From contig MFUV01000004.1 of the NCBI GenBank assembly GCA_001787005.1, positions 105,770-169,769 of the forward strand: a stretch of DNA of 64,000 bases, written 5' to 3'. A program made the position numbers and the translations under genes. This document shows positions 1-10,392 of this stretch, one piece after another (positions within the stretch are counted from its first letter, which is position 1; the number at the start of each line of letters is the position of its first letter). Source of the stretch: Candidatus Nomurabacteria bacterium RIFCSPLOWO2_01_FULL_39_18. Lineage in GTDB: Bacteria; Patescibacteriota; Minisyncoccia; Phycocordibacterales; UBA9973. The notes below the pieces were generated by a model. The model had not been told where the DNA came from. It searched no databases and saw only the letters and a list, made by a program, of their open reading frames with translations.

Positions 1-63
1 ATAAAACGCGGCTGCTTTCTTCGCTTCTTTGTCGAACCAAAAATGTGGAATTATTTTTTGCAT
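1..63 (-). CDS. VOC/PhnB-like (glyoxalase superfamily) protein, 5' end only (runs off window)
   Basis: Minus strand from ATG at 63 reads MQKIIPHFWFDKEAKKAAAFY, the typical PhnB-like N-terminus. Confidence 0.75.
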   Translation of the reverse strand, partial: MQKIIPHFWFDKEAKKAAAFY

Positions 64-147
64 ATATAAAATACTACCACACTCGCAGACACGAAAAAAC
101 CCTTGCAAAAATTACTTTTCGTAGTATAATTTTCTTCTAGTGATTTT

Positions 148-1377
148 ATGGATGAATTTAATTCAATTATTGAAAAGGAGCTGGCGACTGGAGTAAATCT
201 TTCTATTATTAATTTAATAGATCACCTGTTACGGCATGCCTGCAATATTCATGCATCCGATATTCATATAGACCCGCAGGATAAAGTGGTTCGTATTCGA
301 TTTCGTATCGACGGCGTGCTTGAAGATGCGCATACACTTCCTAAAGATATTCACGGAGAAATAATTTCAAGAATAAAAGTTCTCTCTGGTCTTCGCACTG
401 ATGAACATAATGCCGCGCAGGATGGGCGCTTTCGTAGTATTATTTCCGATTCGGAAAACTCTAGCAGTGTCGATGTGCGTGTTTCTATTGTGCCTACCTA
501 TCATGGAGAAAACGCTGTCCTTCGTCTTCTCTCGGACAACGCGGAAAATTTTACACTTGAAACACTTGGCTTTACGGGAACAGACCAAAGAAAGATTTTA
601 AATGCCGTTAAGAAACCGTCGGGTATGATTTTAGTTACTGGCCCGACAGGATCCGGGAAAACTACTACTCTTTATACATTGATTAAAATGTTAAATTCCA
701 AAGATATATCTATTGTTACCATCGAAGACCCGATCGAATATGCAGTGGAAGACGTGGAACAGATACAGGTTAATACTCGCACGGGGCTAACATTTGCCAA
801 TGGACTTCGTTCGATATTGCGCCAAGACCCGAATGTTATAATGGTGGGTGAAATTAGAGATGTGGAAACTGCTGGTATCGCAGTCAATACTGCTCTTACC
901 GGGCACTTACTCCTTTCCACGCTCCACACCAATGATGTCTCAACCACCCTTCCTAGACTGCTCGATATGAAGATAGAATCATTTCTCGTAGCCTCGACTG
1001 TATCTGTAGCTATCGGGCAGAGATTGGTACGAAAGATCTGCGAAAAGTGCAAAGAAAGAAAAACTGTAACTGATGAAGAATACAAATGGCTCTCTGAAAC
1101 TCTTTCAGATCAGACCCTGTTGCAGAATAGAAATTATTTTCAGGGTAAAGGATGTGAATCGTGTAACGGCAGTGGCTATCGAGGACGAATCGTTATTGCT
1201 GAAGTACTAGTCGCTGATGAAGAAATTCGAACAGCAATCTTGCGCAAAGCTTCGGCGAGCGAAATTAAGCAGATTGCAATGAAGAACGGGATGACAACGA
1301 TGCTCGTCGACGGTTTCAAAAAAGCAGTTCTAGGGCTTACTACCATAGAAGAGGTTCTTCGTGTTACGCACGAATAA
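148..1377 (+). CDS. pilB: Type IV pilus/T2SS assembly ATPase (PilB/GspE), lacking long N-terminal domain
   Basis: ASDIHIDP, GPTGSGKTT, TIEDPIEY, LRQDPNVIMVGEIRD, tetracysteine motif. Confidence 0.93.
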   Translation: MDEFNSIIEKELATGVNLSIINLIDHLLRHACNIHASDIHIDPQDKVVRIRFRIDGVLEDAHTLPKDIHGEIISRIKVLSGLRTDEHNAAQDGRFRSIISDSENSSSVDVRVSIVPTYHGENAVLRLLSDNAENFTLETLGFTGTDQRKILNAVKKPSGMILVTGPTGSGKTTTLYTLIKMLNSKDISIVTIEDPIEYAVEDVEQIQVNTRTGLTFANGLRSILRQDPNVIMVGEIRDVETAGIAVNTALTGHLLLSTLHTNDVSTTLPRLLDMKIESFLVASTVSVAIGQRLVRKICEKCKERKTVTDEEYKWLSETLSDQTLLQNRNYFQGKGCESCNGSGYRGRIVIAEVLVADEEIRTAILRKASASEIKQIAMKNGMTTMLVDGFKKAVLGLTTIEEVLRVTHE

Positions 1378-1380
1378 ATT

Positions 1381-2562
1381 ATGGCTAAAAAATATTTAGA
1401 TTTTTTTAAAAAAAAGAGTCCAGTACACCCGATACACAAGGTAGATACCACAAAGGATAAAAAGTCCCCCGCCAAGAAAAACAGATGGCAAGATATTAGC
1501 TTTTTTTCCTACTCAAAATTTTCAGTAAAGAAACAGACATTTTTCGCCAAACGGTTGTCTTTCCTGATCAAAGCCGGAGTGCCGATGCTTGAGAGCATGT
1601 ATGTAATTAAAAAACAAGCAAAATCAAAATCCGAGATAGGTGTTTTTGAAAAAATCATTGCTGATATCGCCAATGGGCAATCTCTGGCCACATCCTTGGG
1701 GCGTTTCAAGGGAGTATTTGGAAATTTTGCCCTAAATATCATAAAGGCCGGCGAATCTAGCGGAACTTTGATGCAAAACTTGAGTTACCTAGCTGATGAA
1801 TTAAAGAAGAAAGAATTGCTCCGTAAAAAAATAATGAGCGCCCTCCTCTACCCTATCATCATCACGATAGCGACTCTTGGCATCACCGGACTTCTGGTAA
1901 TTTATATTTTCCCTAAAATTCTTCCAATCTTTCAAAATTTGGGCGCGGAGCTTCCCCTTTCCACCAGAATTGTCATATTTGTCAGCGATGGAGTGCGCAA
2001 CTATGGTTTTTATATTCTTCTGGGATTGATCGTGTTCGTTATAATTTCTTATTTTTTAAATAAAAAGTTGCCACCGTTCAGATTCTTTCTTCACGGATTG
2101 ATTCTCCGACTTCCATTTACTGGAGCGGTTGCCAAACACTACAACCTTACGAACTCTACCCGAACATTGGGACTTCTACTTAAAAGTGGACTGTCTCTAA
2201 CGGAGTCGCTCCATGTTACAGCCGATACTACGGAGAATGTGCAGTACAAAAAAGCTTTTGAAAATATTTCTCGTGGAGTAATGAAAGGCAAGAGTATGTC
2301 TGACATCATGGGTCAGTCCCCCCACCTTTTCCCCGACATGTTGGAGCACATGCTCTCAATTGGAGAAAAAAGCGGCAACTTGTCAACTACGCTTATTTAC
2401 CTATCTGAATATTACGAGAACGAATTTGATGAACTGACAAAAAACCTTTCTACTTCTATCGAGCCAGTACTGATGATTGTAATGGGAATTTTGGTAGGGT
2501 TCATCGCAATCTCTGTCATCACTCCGATATATGGCATTACCCAACACCTCAATCCAAAATAA
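1381..2562 (+). CDS. pilC: Type IV pilus/T2SS inner-membrane platform protein (PilC/GspF)
   Basis: GESSGTL and GEKSGNL repeats, TM segments, IEP..M motif, follows pilB. Confidence 0.92.
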   Translation: MAKKYLDFFKKKSPVHPIHKVDTTKDKKSPAKKNRWQDISFFSYSKFSVKKQTFFAKRLSFLIKAGVPMLESMYVIKKQAKSKSEIGVFEKIIADIANGQSLATSLGRFKGVFGNFALNIIKAGESSGTLMQNLSYLADELKKKELLRKKIMSALLYPIIITIATLGITGLLVIYIFPKILPIFQNLGAELPLSTRIVIFVSDGVRNYGFYILLGLIVFVIISYFLNKKLPPFRFFLHGLILRLPFTGAVAKHYNLTNSTRTLGLLLKSGLSLTESLHVTADTTENVQYKKAFENISRGVMKGKSMSDIMGQSPHLFPDMLEHMLSIGEKSGNLSTTLIYLSEYYENEFDELTKNLSTSIEPVLMIVMGILVGFIAISVITPIYGITQHLNPK

Positions 2563-2567
2563 ATTTT

Positions 2568-3032
2568 ATGGCGACTTTGTATAAAACAAAACAAGGACTC
2601 ACTCTGATCGAAATACTAGTAGTGGTGGCAATAATCGGGATCATCATTAGTTTTGGGATGTCCATTGATTTGAATGCTTTTAGGCGCGACACTTTCCAAG
2701 CCGAAGAGTCTACTATCGTTGCTCTTTTAGGAAAGGCTCGTAGTCGAGCGATGAGCAATATGTTTGACACAGCTCATGGAGTGTGTTACATTGCACCTAA
2801 CTACATTGTTTTCCGTGGTACTTGTGTTGCTGGAATACCAACCAATGAACTCACTCCAGCCAATGCGGCCATTGCTACAGCTTCCGACTTCTCCAATCCC
2901 GCAAAATTTCCTTCCGTTGTTTTTAATAGACTTGCGGGAACAGTAACTGGTAGTACTATTGATATAACAGTAACTGATGGGCTCAAAACAGAACATATAA
3001 TAATAAACAATGAAGGCACAATCAACTGGTAA
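2568..3032 (+). CDS. Prepilin (FimT/GspH-like minor pilin)
   Basis: Class III signal QG|LTLIEILVVVAII; C-terminal I.INNEGTI. Confidence 0.85.
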   Translation: MATLYKTKQGLTLIEILVVVAIIGIIISFGMSIDLNAFRRDTFQAEESTIVALLGKARSRAMSNMFDTAHGVCYIAPNYIVFRGTCVAGIPTNELTPANAAIATASDFSNPAKFPSVVFNRLAGTVTGSTIDITVTDGLKTEHIIINNEGTINW

Positions 3033-4458
3033 CAAATACATAAAAGGTATGGCAACCCTGGAGCTACTCATAGCTTTCGTGATACTTATACTATGCACCA
3101 GCGCCGTCATTATGGTTGCCTTCGGCAATCAGTCTTTCGCGGTTGATTCAGAAACGAACAATGAAGCTATCCAAAAAGCGCAGAAAGCACTGGAAGATAC
3201 AAGAGCTCTCTCTAGGCAGGATTTTGATTTAGTAGTTTCTGACCCAAATCCCATCCAAGATGGTATCTATACTAAACAAATTATAGTTGATCCATTTGCA
3301 GCCACGGAATGCAGTAGGCAGATCGAGTCTAAAATCACATGGGATACTGATATGAATCAGCCTCAAAGTATCAACCTATTCAGTCGTGTTGGAGATATTC
3401 CGGAGGCATTAGACTTGGGGGGAGACTGCTCGGCATCGCCACCCGGACCAGGATTCACTGTAGGTGGAGGACTGAATATGGGAGGTGCTAAAACAAATGG
3501 TTTAGATGTGTTAAATAAAAAAGTTTTCATCGCTCTTCAAGATCCTCCCGGGTTAGCATATGTAGACGCCACAAACTATGCGGCTCCCGTTCAAATAATG
3601 AATAGTTACGATGTTGGTTCTGAAGTAAATGATGTAGATATTGCCCGTGATCTAGATACCGGAGAAATCTATGCATATGTTGCTAGAGAAACAAATACCA
3701 ATCAGCTTCAAATTATTGATGTGACAGATATTAATAACCCGATTTTTGTTAGAAATGTAGATTTACCAGAAGTTGGAGGTAGTTCCGAACCGGAAGGATA
3801 CCGAGTTTATTATTATAAAAATAGACTCTATATGACCACCAAAGAAACTGCAGGTCCAGAACTCCATATATTCGATGCTTCGGACCCAGTAACTTCTTTC
3901 CCAAAGTTTGGAATAAAAGAATTAAACAGAACAGTGAATGATCTTGTGGTAGTTGATCAAAATATTGGTGGCACGAATTATTCTGTCGCTTACATGGTGG
4001 CCGATTCAGATCTAAAAGAGATTGGAGTATTTGATGTTACTACTGCAGGAACTGCAAACGAAATGTTTTCACTGAATATGACAGGTGGTGCCGATGCTTA
4101 TTCTTTATTTTTCTCTTCTACATCCAAACTTTTGTATGTAGGACGACAGGCGAACGCTGGTCAAGAATTTTTTGCATATGATGCATCTAACTCCTTTTCC
4201 ACACTTATTGAAAGAGCAAAGAGAGAAGTTGGTGAACATCCTATCGGTCTTCGTATTGCTGGTGCCTATGCATACATGGTTACAAATGATAGTAATGAAG
4301 ATTTTCAAACTTACAATGCTGATCCAGCGACTGGTCTTTCACATATTCGTACTTATAATGCTTCAAATAAAGGCACAGGCATAGATTACGAAGATCAGTT
4401 TATTTATGAAACTATGGAACAAGGAAGCGAAACTCTTCAAATCTACTATGCTCCCTAG
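3010..4458 (+). CDS. Large pilin-like protein with beta-propeller (LVIVD-type) C-terminal domain, putative tip adhesin
   Basis: KG|MATLELL pilin leader; repeated YAYVA/LQIIDV/LHIFDA beta motifs. Confidence 0.7.
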   Translation: MKAQSTGNKYIKGMATLELLIAFVILILCTSAVIMVAFGNQSFAVDSETNNEAIQKAQKALEDTRALSRQDFDLVVSDPNPIQDGIYTKQIIVDPFAATECSRQIESKITWDTDMNQPQSINLFSRVGDIPEALDLGGDCSASPPGPGFTVGGGLNMGGAKTNGLDVLNKKVFIALQDPPGLAYVDATNYAAPVQIMNSYDVGSEVNDVDIARDLDTGEIYAYVARETNTNQLQIIDVTDINNPIFVRNVDLPEVGGSSEPEGYRVYYYKNRLYMTTKETAGPELHIFDASDPVTSFPKFGIKELNRTVNDLVVVDQNIGGTNYSVAYMVADSDLKEIGVFDVTTAGTANEMFSLNMTGGADAYSLFFSSTSKLLYVGRQANAGQEFFAYDASNSFSTLIERAKREVGEHPIGLRIAGAYAYMVTNDSNEDFQTYNADPATGLSHIRTYNASNKGTGIDYEDQFIYETMEQGSETLQIYYAP

Positions 4459-4930
4459 GTCATTAAATAAAGGTTTCACTCTTATAGAGGTCTTAATTTA
4501 CATAGTCCTTTTTTCCATTCTCATGGGAGGTGGTTTTATAACTGCATATCAAATGATTGATGGTTCCAGGAAATTGAGCGCGAAAGATACTTTACAAGAA
4601 GAGGGTAATTTTATTATGCGAAAAATCAGCTGGGCACTGACAAGTGTTGATCCTACGGTTGCCACAATACCCTCAGCAGGAACTTCCCCCAACCTTAGAG
4701 TGACGAAATACGACGGAAATCAAATTGACGTTCAACTTAATGGAACAAAAATAGAAATGAAGCAAAGTATTAATGGCAGCACTTTTCGCCCGATAACGAC
4801 TGACAATGTTTCTGTCAGTAGTCTGCAATTTACATATATAACACCAGTGGGATTAGAGCCCGCGGGTATTACGGCAGCAGCAGTTATAAATGGAATAAAC
4901 TTTACCATTACAAAATACATGAGAAAATAA
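4448..4930 (+). CDS. Prepilin (PilW/GspJ-like minor pilin)
   Basis: ATG 4448; KG|FTLIEVLIYI. Confidence 0.85.
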   Translation: MLPRSLNKGFTLIEVLIYIVLFSILMGGGFITAYQMIDGSRKLSAKDTLQEEGNFIMRKISWALTSVDPTVATIPSAGTSPNLRVTKYDGNQIDVQLNGTKIEMKQSINGSTFRPITTDNVSVSSLQFTYITPVGLEPAGITAAAVINGINFTITKYMRK

Positions 4931-4937
4931 TGTGAAA

Positions 4938-5348
4938 ATGATTATTCTAAATAAAAGAAGAAATAAAGGATTCATCGCTCTCATATCTGCCATTGTCATT
5001 TCGGTGATTTTGTTACTCATTGCAGCCAACTTAAGCTTGACTTCATTTTATGGCCGCTCGAATATTTTAGATTCAGAACTTAAAGAAAGAAGTTCTGCCT
5101 TGGCTGAAGCTTGCGCAGATACAGCAATTTTAAAATTAGCAAACAATAAAGATTATGTATTAGTTGCCGCTGATCACAGCATCTCCGTGGGAACGGGACA
5201 ATGTGATATTGTTTCTTATTCTTTTCCCCGAACTGGAAACATAACCATCATAACAAAAGCTAATTATAATAATACTTATTTTACTACTCTACAGATTGTA
5301 GTTAATTCAGCAGCGAACATGGCTGTTGTTTCTTGGGAAGAAATATAA
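4938..5348 (+). CDS. PilX-like minor pilin
   Basis: KG|FIALISAIVI without E5; ALAEAC..A motif. Confidence 0.75.
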   Translation: MIILNKRRNKGFIALISAIVISVILLLIAANLSLTSFYGRSNILDSELKERSSALAEACADTAILKLANNKDYVLVAADHSISVGTGQCDIVSYSFPRTGNITIITKANYNNTYFTTLQIVVNSAANMAVVSWEEI

Positions 5349-5457
5349 ACATCATATCAACAGTCCCCCCTTTACAAACTGGCTACTATGTAGTAGTCTA
5401 CGGGACATATTATTAATATAAATAAGTCGAATATTATAAGTAAGTTATTATAAATTT

Positions 5458-5916
5458 ATGAAAAAAATCGTTAAAAATAAGGGTTTTACGTTGATTGAGA
5501 TTTTGGTCGTTATCGCTATCATTGCCATTTTGGCAGCTATAGTGCTTGTTGCTATCAATCCTGCTAAGAGATTCCAGGATGCTAGAAACACACAACGAAG
5601 AGCAAATGTGGAATCTATCTTGAGCGCAGTTCAACAGAATATGGTTGACAATAAAGGAATCTTTACATGCGCTGGCCCAGGAGCAATTCCTGCTGTCGCA
5701 ACTGTCATGGAGGACACAGGGGGCTATGATATAGCAGAATGTATTAGTGCTTACCTTTTAGTTCTTCCGGTTGATCCACAAAATGGTTCATGGACCGACG
5801 ATGACAATTATGATACAGACTACACTATTAAACAGGATGCTACTACTAAACAAGTAACTATCAATGCTCCGTCTGCTCCCGGAGACGGTGGAGGAACAAT
5901 TTCTGTCACTCGCTAA
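5458..5916 (+). CDS. Type IV major pilin
   Basis: KG|FTLIEILVVIAIIAILAAIVLVAINP; LPVDP; Cys pair; followed by terminator. Confidence 0.88.
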   Translation: MKKIVKNKGFTLIEILVVIAIIAILAAIVLVAINPAKRFQDARNTQRRANVESILSAVQQNMVDNKGIFTCAGPGAIPAVATVMEDTGGYDIAECISAYLLVLPVDPQNGSWTDDDNYDTDYTIKQDATTKQVTINAPSAPGDGGGTISVTR

Positions 5917-5934
5917 ATAAATCCGATCTAGTTG

Positions 5935-5972
5935 CAAAAATCCCTCACATGCACGCATGTGAGGGATTTTTG
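5935..5972. terminator. Bidirectional rho-independent terminator
   Basis: CAAAAATCCCTCACATGC-AC-GCATGTGAGGGATTTTTG between convergent genes. Confidence 0.85.
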
Positions 5973-6044
5973 AATTTAATTATTTCACCTTTTTATTTTT
6001 CTCTCTCCTCTTCCCCTCCTCAACCCACTTTCCCCCTTTTCCCC

Positions 6045-6064
6045 ATCTACGCCATGGCGTAGAT
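6045..6064. repeat. Perfect 20-bp palindrome ATCTACGCCATGGCGTAGAT, copy 1
   Basis: Identical copies at 9979-9998 and 10393-10412. Confidence 0.95.
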
Positions 6065-6172
6065 GTAGTTAGTATGACAAATAATTATTCTTTTAGAGAG
6101 TTTAGAGAGAGTCTAAGGCTCTATCTACGTCTTTATCCCTCTTGTCCTTTTATTTTATTACTTTATTTTTCC

Positions 6173-6559
6173 CTAATTCTTACCAACTTTTCTGTTTTTA
6201 AACAATTGCACGATAAAATAAATTATAGAAATAAAAGAATATAGTCCAGCGAAAAACAATGTTAGATCTTTACCATCAAAGCTTACTATGGCTCCACTCC
6301 CACCTCCTGTTTCATATGCAAGCAGAATAGATATGAGAACATATACAAGGGTGATAAGTGAATATATTTTATACTTCTTGGTGTCAAGCACAAAAGCAAA
6401 AAGACTCACAATAAACAATACTACACCCCAGTAAAATAAATATCCAATAAATTGAGCTGTATTATAATCGAATGGACCTTTTGTATATGACGAATACCCC
6501 AAAAATATTCCCACTGATAATAAAAGTAACGAAAAACTTATTATTTTTTTCATATTCAT
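6173..6559 (-). CDS. Hypothetical 4-TM membrane protein
   Basis: 128-aa hydrophobic ORF just downstream of large secreted hydrolase. Confidence 0.7.
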   Translation of the reverse strand: MNMKKIISFSLLLLSVGIFLGYSSYTKGPFDYNTAQFIGYLFYWGVVLFIVSLFAFVLDTKKYKIYSLITLVYVLISILLAYETGGGSGAIVSFDGKDLTLFFAGLYSFISIIYFIVQLFKNRKVGKN

Positions 6560-6599
6560 ATTAACCTATTATCTAATAACCCTCTTGAAATAACAACCT

Positions 6600-9500
6600 C
6601 TATTTCAACCCTATTGTTACAGAATAAACATTTCCATCATCAAGTTTGGTAGAAATGGTATACCAATATCCGGCTGGTAATTTTTTCGTACTCCAGTTAT
6701 AGATATACTGCTGACTTTCAGGATCCCATTTGTATGTGTTGCCAGTTGTCGCAGTGTCATTATAAACAGATTCAGTGGCGGAAACATTCATTTTCGCACC
6801 CATTTGCGCACCGAGCCATATAGGCGCCGAATCTGCTTGCATAATTGTGCCATCATATTTTCTAAGTTGAAATTTAACAGGGACTGTACTGCCAGCTTTG
6901 AATATGCTTTTCTCTTGATCAATTTGATGTGCTGTATCGTTTATTGGTTGGAGAAAACCAGAGAAAACATATGGCATAGTAACGGTTCTACCTTCAGGGG
7001 CAATAATATCTGTCTCTGGGACCCCATCTCCATTTTGATCAAGTTGTAATAATAAAGCTCCCGCAGAATTCAGTGTAACTTCTGCGATTGTCTCCGGGGT
7101 CACTGGAATATCTTTAAAGATTGTTGTCGTCGTTGTTCCATTGGTTAGAACCTTTTCTGATTCATATGTGAATATACCGGTATCTATACCTTTTATTTCT
7201 ATACTCCCCATTTCGTCTTCGGGGAGGTTTAAGTACTTACCCTCACCGAATTCCATATATGATGAATTCGTAATATTTTCTTCTACATAACAAAAGTCAA
7301 AATCTGGCGGGCAAATTTTACCAGTGTGATTAGGTACTGTAGCATAATCATAAGCATCGAGAGTAACCGGTGAGTGAATTGAAATACGAAAACGATTTTC
7401 TGTGTCTATTGGTTCGTTGTCTTTTACCACATTGTCTAATGCAACATCTCCAGCTTCAATTATTGATTTAATAAAATTATTCAGTGAATCGACTTCTAAA
7501 ATATCTTTATGTTCTCTGTTGAGTCTCAATATAGTATTATAATTTTTAAAATCTACCCAATATTTTTCCGCATTTCCAAGAAAATTCATATATTGCGCAC
7601 TAGGCACAACTACAGTTCCATCCCCATCCGAGGTAAAACGAGGTCTTTCGTCTAATGCATACGGAGGACATGTTACAGCTCCGGGTGGGCAAGACACTGA
7701 TTTTGGGTAGTACTCCATACTTGCGACAGTTTCGAGTCCCCAGCCAGCCACTTCAATCACTCGCATGTCTTCAGGCGGAGTCCATGCGTCTATATTGTCG
7801 TGCAAACTTTCTGCTTGAGAAAATAAATCTTGTGAGAGATTGATAGGCAAATTTGTTTCACCAATCAATGGATTGGTTCGACCTTCATTTCCAAAAAGAA
7901 AATCTTTGTACTCGTCATAGGAATCAATTACGCCACCAAAAGCTTGAACCATTTGTGTTGTAATTCCCGAAGGAATTGCATTATCCACGAATGTCGCAGG
8001 TGAAGCATCGACATGATTTATATATTCTTTACTTGGTAAAAGTCCATAAGCCCCGAGCATATTTCGTCCAAGTTCACGAGCGTGAATTTCGTCCATTAGC
8101 CAGCCACTCAAAATTCTCTGGTCATATCCATGGAGTATTGCTGGTACTGCCTTTGCTGTGCCAATTTCTGGCACGGCAACTAAAATTAATACATCTATAT
8201 TATCAATTAGATTATTTATTCCCGCAACCTTGTCGTCTTGTAATTTTTTCAAAAGCGTTTTAGCTAAAAGTCCACCGTTGCTGTGAGCAACAATGGTAAC
8301 TTTGCCGTTTTTTGATTCCGAGTCGACCAATGATTGTAGAGTATCGATTAACGAGACTGTTTCATTTTGATATTTTGTTCCATTGCTCACAATGTCTTCA
8401 ATGTCTTGTCGCCAGTCATAGGCATATTCTTTCCATTTTTTTATTTTTTGATCAGTAACCAATTGATCCATAGTTTCAGAAAAACTTTTATAGATATTTT
8501 GTCCCAAAGCCCCTGCTGGAAATGGCGTGTTTGTCTCTTTTATGATATCTCTTGTATAAATATCTAGATTCATGCTTGTTCCATCAGGATTCAAATACAA
8601 ATCTTCCACATCGCTGTTTGTATTTGGTTCCCATAACTGGTCTTCATCTCCATTATCTTGCTCGTACAATCTAGAACCCATTATTCCCGGCAAAAAGAGA
8701 ACATTGGAGAAACAGGTGGTGCAAGTCGGAACTTTCCAGCCATCTGGTATTTTCCAAGGGAAATTGTCGGTTACATTGCCAAAGCTAATCGCAGTATCAC
8801 AAATAAAATCATTATTTATATCATTACATCCCTCCTCTGGAGTATCGTGGTTGCGATAATAGTTACCACCTATTGGCATTGGTTGATAAATGAGATTTGC
8901 AGAATTACTAAAGGAAGAAATATTCGGAATGGACATGAAATTATTATTGTAAACTTTATTATTGTTTACATTTGAACTCATTGCGACACCTATATTAGTT
9001 ACAGAAATTGTGTTGTTGCGCACCGTTGTTCTTTGTGTATTCTGAGTTAAAAGTATTCCTGTGCTAATAATGTTTACACCAGGAATATATCCAGCTGTAT
9101 TGGTTACCACATTGCCATCAATGAGATTATCAAAATCATTAAAGGAAAGAAAAAATCCTAAACCGAAGCCACGTGTTTCGTTGTTTAAGAATCGGCTATT
9201 TGTTGTTTGAAACACACCAATCCCACTATCAAAACCTTCAATAATTAAATTTTTTACTGTAATGTTTTTTCTAAAAGCAATATTAATTCCACTTCCAACC
9301 CCAAATCCATTATTCCATTTCACTATTTTTCCATTACCGTCGAGCGTAATATTGTCATTCACAATTTGTATTACTTCGAACACATCCTGTGTCATGGTGC
9401 AAGTAAGGGTGACTTGGTTCCATATGCCAAATGTAGAGCAATCTCCGCCCGTAGTATCATTACGAATGGTTTTTGTACTAGGTTGAGTTTTAATGAAAAT

Positions 9501-9890
9501 TAAATGAGGTTCGTAGCCATTTAAAGTAAAAGTTGTATTTGGGGATTCATTTGCAGAACGTTGCACCACATTTTCCAATGAATCAATATAAAAATAAAGG
9601 TCTTGGTTTGGAAGATTTTCCAATAAAATAGTTATTTCTTCTTTGCCTGCTATTGGAATAAATACCACAGATGATCCTAGCGATATTTCTTTTATAATTT
9701 CAGTTTCGGGGCTAGAAGAAATAGTGATATCTAAAAAGTCTTGTATAAATGGAAGATTGGCTGTTTCCGTTGTCGAGGCAGACTCATTTAGGAGAATAGT
9801 ATCTTCAGCATTTACTGTATGCCCACCCCAAAAAGACACCAAAATGAGGACCACCACCCCAAATTTCAATGCATTTTTCAGTACAGTCAT
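6600..9890 (-). CDS. Large secreted protein: NosD-like beta-helix, LCAT/PGAP1-like alpha/beta hydrolase, C-terminal PxKF domain (ORF open to 9980)
   Basis: Signal peptide after MTVLKN; ITLDGNG..GGNYY; LFLPGIMGS, YAYDWR, AHSNGG, DGDGTV; FSGFLQP..GSTVPVKF. Confidence 0.8.
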   Translation of the reverse strand: MTVLKNALKFGVVVLILVSFWGGHTVNAEDTILLNESASTTETANLPFIQDFLDITISSSPETEIIKEISLGSSVVFIPIAGKEEITILLENLPNQDLYFYIDSLENVVQRSANESPNTTFTLNGYEPHLIFIKTQPSTKTIRNDTTGGDCSTFGIWNQVTLTCTMTQDVFEVIQIVNDNITLDGNGKIVKWNNGFGVGSGINIAFRKNITVKNLIIEGFDSGIGVFQTTNSRFLNNETRGFGLGFFLSFNDFDNLIDGNVVTNTAGYIPGVNIISTGILLTQNTQRTTVRNNTISVTNIGVAMSSNVNNNKVYNNNFMSIPNISSFSNSANLIYQPMPIGGNYYRNHDTPEEGCNDINNDFICDTAISFGNVTDNFPWKIPDGWKVPTCTTCFSNVLFLPGIMGSRLYEQDNGDEDQLWEPNTNSDVEDLYLNPDGTSMNLDIYTRDIIKETNTPFPAGALGQNIYKSFSETMDQLVTDQKIKKWKEYAYDWRQDIEDIVSNGTKYQNETVSLIDTLQSLVDSESKNGKVTIVAHSNGGLLAKTLLKKLQDDKVAGINNLIDNIDVLILVAVPEIGTAKAVPAILHGYDQRILSGWLMDEIHARELGRNMLGAYGLLPSKEYINHVDASPATFVDNAIPSGITTQMVQAFGGVIDSYDEYKDFLFGNEGRTNPLIGETNLPINLSQDLFSQAESLHDNIDAWTPPEDMRVIEVAGWGLETVASMEYYPKSVSCPPGAVTCPPYALDERPRFTSDGDGTVVVPSAQYMNFLGNAEKYWVDFKNYNTILRLNREHKDILEVDSLNNFIKSIIEAGDVALDNVVKDNEPIDTENRFRISIHSPVTLDAYDYATVPNHTGKICPPDFDFCYVEENITNSSYMEFGEGKYLNLPEDEMGSIEIKGIDTGIFTYESEKVLTNGTTTTTIFKDIPVTPETIAEVTLNSAGALLLQLDQNGDGVPETDIIAPEGRTVTMPYVFSGFLQPINDTAHQIDQEKSIFKAGSTVPVKFQLRKYDGTIMQADSAPIWLGAQMGAKMNVSATESVYNDTATTGNTYKWDPESQQYIYNWSTKKLPAGYWYTISTKLDDGNVYSVTIGLK

Positions 9891-9978
9891 AAATATCTCC
9901 ATATTAGCAGTATTTCCTAAAACGGCAACTGGGGGCCAGTCTGTAGTAGAGTTAGGGTTAATAAAATCTATAATTACC

Positions 9979-9998
9979 ATCTACGCCATGGCGTAGAT
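9979..9998. repeat. Perfect 20-bp palindrome, copy 2 (overlaps stop of Cas2-like gene)
   Basis: ATCTACGCCATGGCGTAGAT. Confidence 0.95.
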
Positions 9999-10366
9999 TA
10001 GTTTGTATATGATTTAGCTAACTTAAATGTTTTAAATTCTTTCTGCAGGCCAATTCTTTTCAGATAAGCAAGAAAATCCACCGGCAGTGGCGAAGGCCCA
10101 ACCCAGACACTTTTCTGAATCATGACAAAATCAAAATTCTTAAGCTGTCGACGAAACCAATCTCGCTCTTTTTTCCTCGTATACGGAACATCGTACATTA
10201 AAAGTAGGTTCTTTGGCGCATCTTTTTTAAAATCAGAAACAAAAGAACGAAGATACAGCCGTTTGTTTTTTTTAGTATTTTTAAATTTTTTCGAATCACT
10301 GAAACTTGGCAAACCTAGAATATTCACCGGCACACCTTTGTAATAAAATTTCTTTCTTCTCGTCAT
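9998..10366 (-). CDS. Stand-alone Cas2-fold / PaaX central-domain-like protein
   Basis: LLLMYDVP..ERDWFRRQLK..F..IQKSVWV; no CRISPR array or cas1 in window. Confidence 0.8.
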   Translation of the reverse strand: MTRRKKFYYKGVPVNILGLPSFSDSKKFKNTKKNKRLYLRSFVSDFKKDAPKNLLLMYDVPYTRKKERDWFRRQLKNFDFVMIQKSVWVGPSPLPVDFLAYLKRIGLQKEFKTFKLAKSYTN

Positions 10367-10392
10367 AAATCGATTATAGCACTTTTTCGTTA

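Noticed and set aside
5990-6044. Polypyrimidine tract as a functional triplex/G4 element
   Set aside because: Single low-complexity stretch with no supporting copy; cannot be supported from sequence alone
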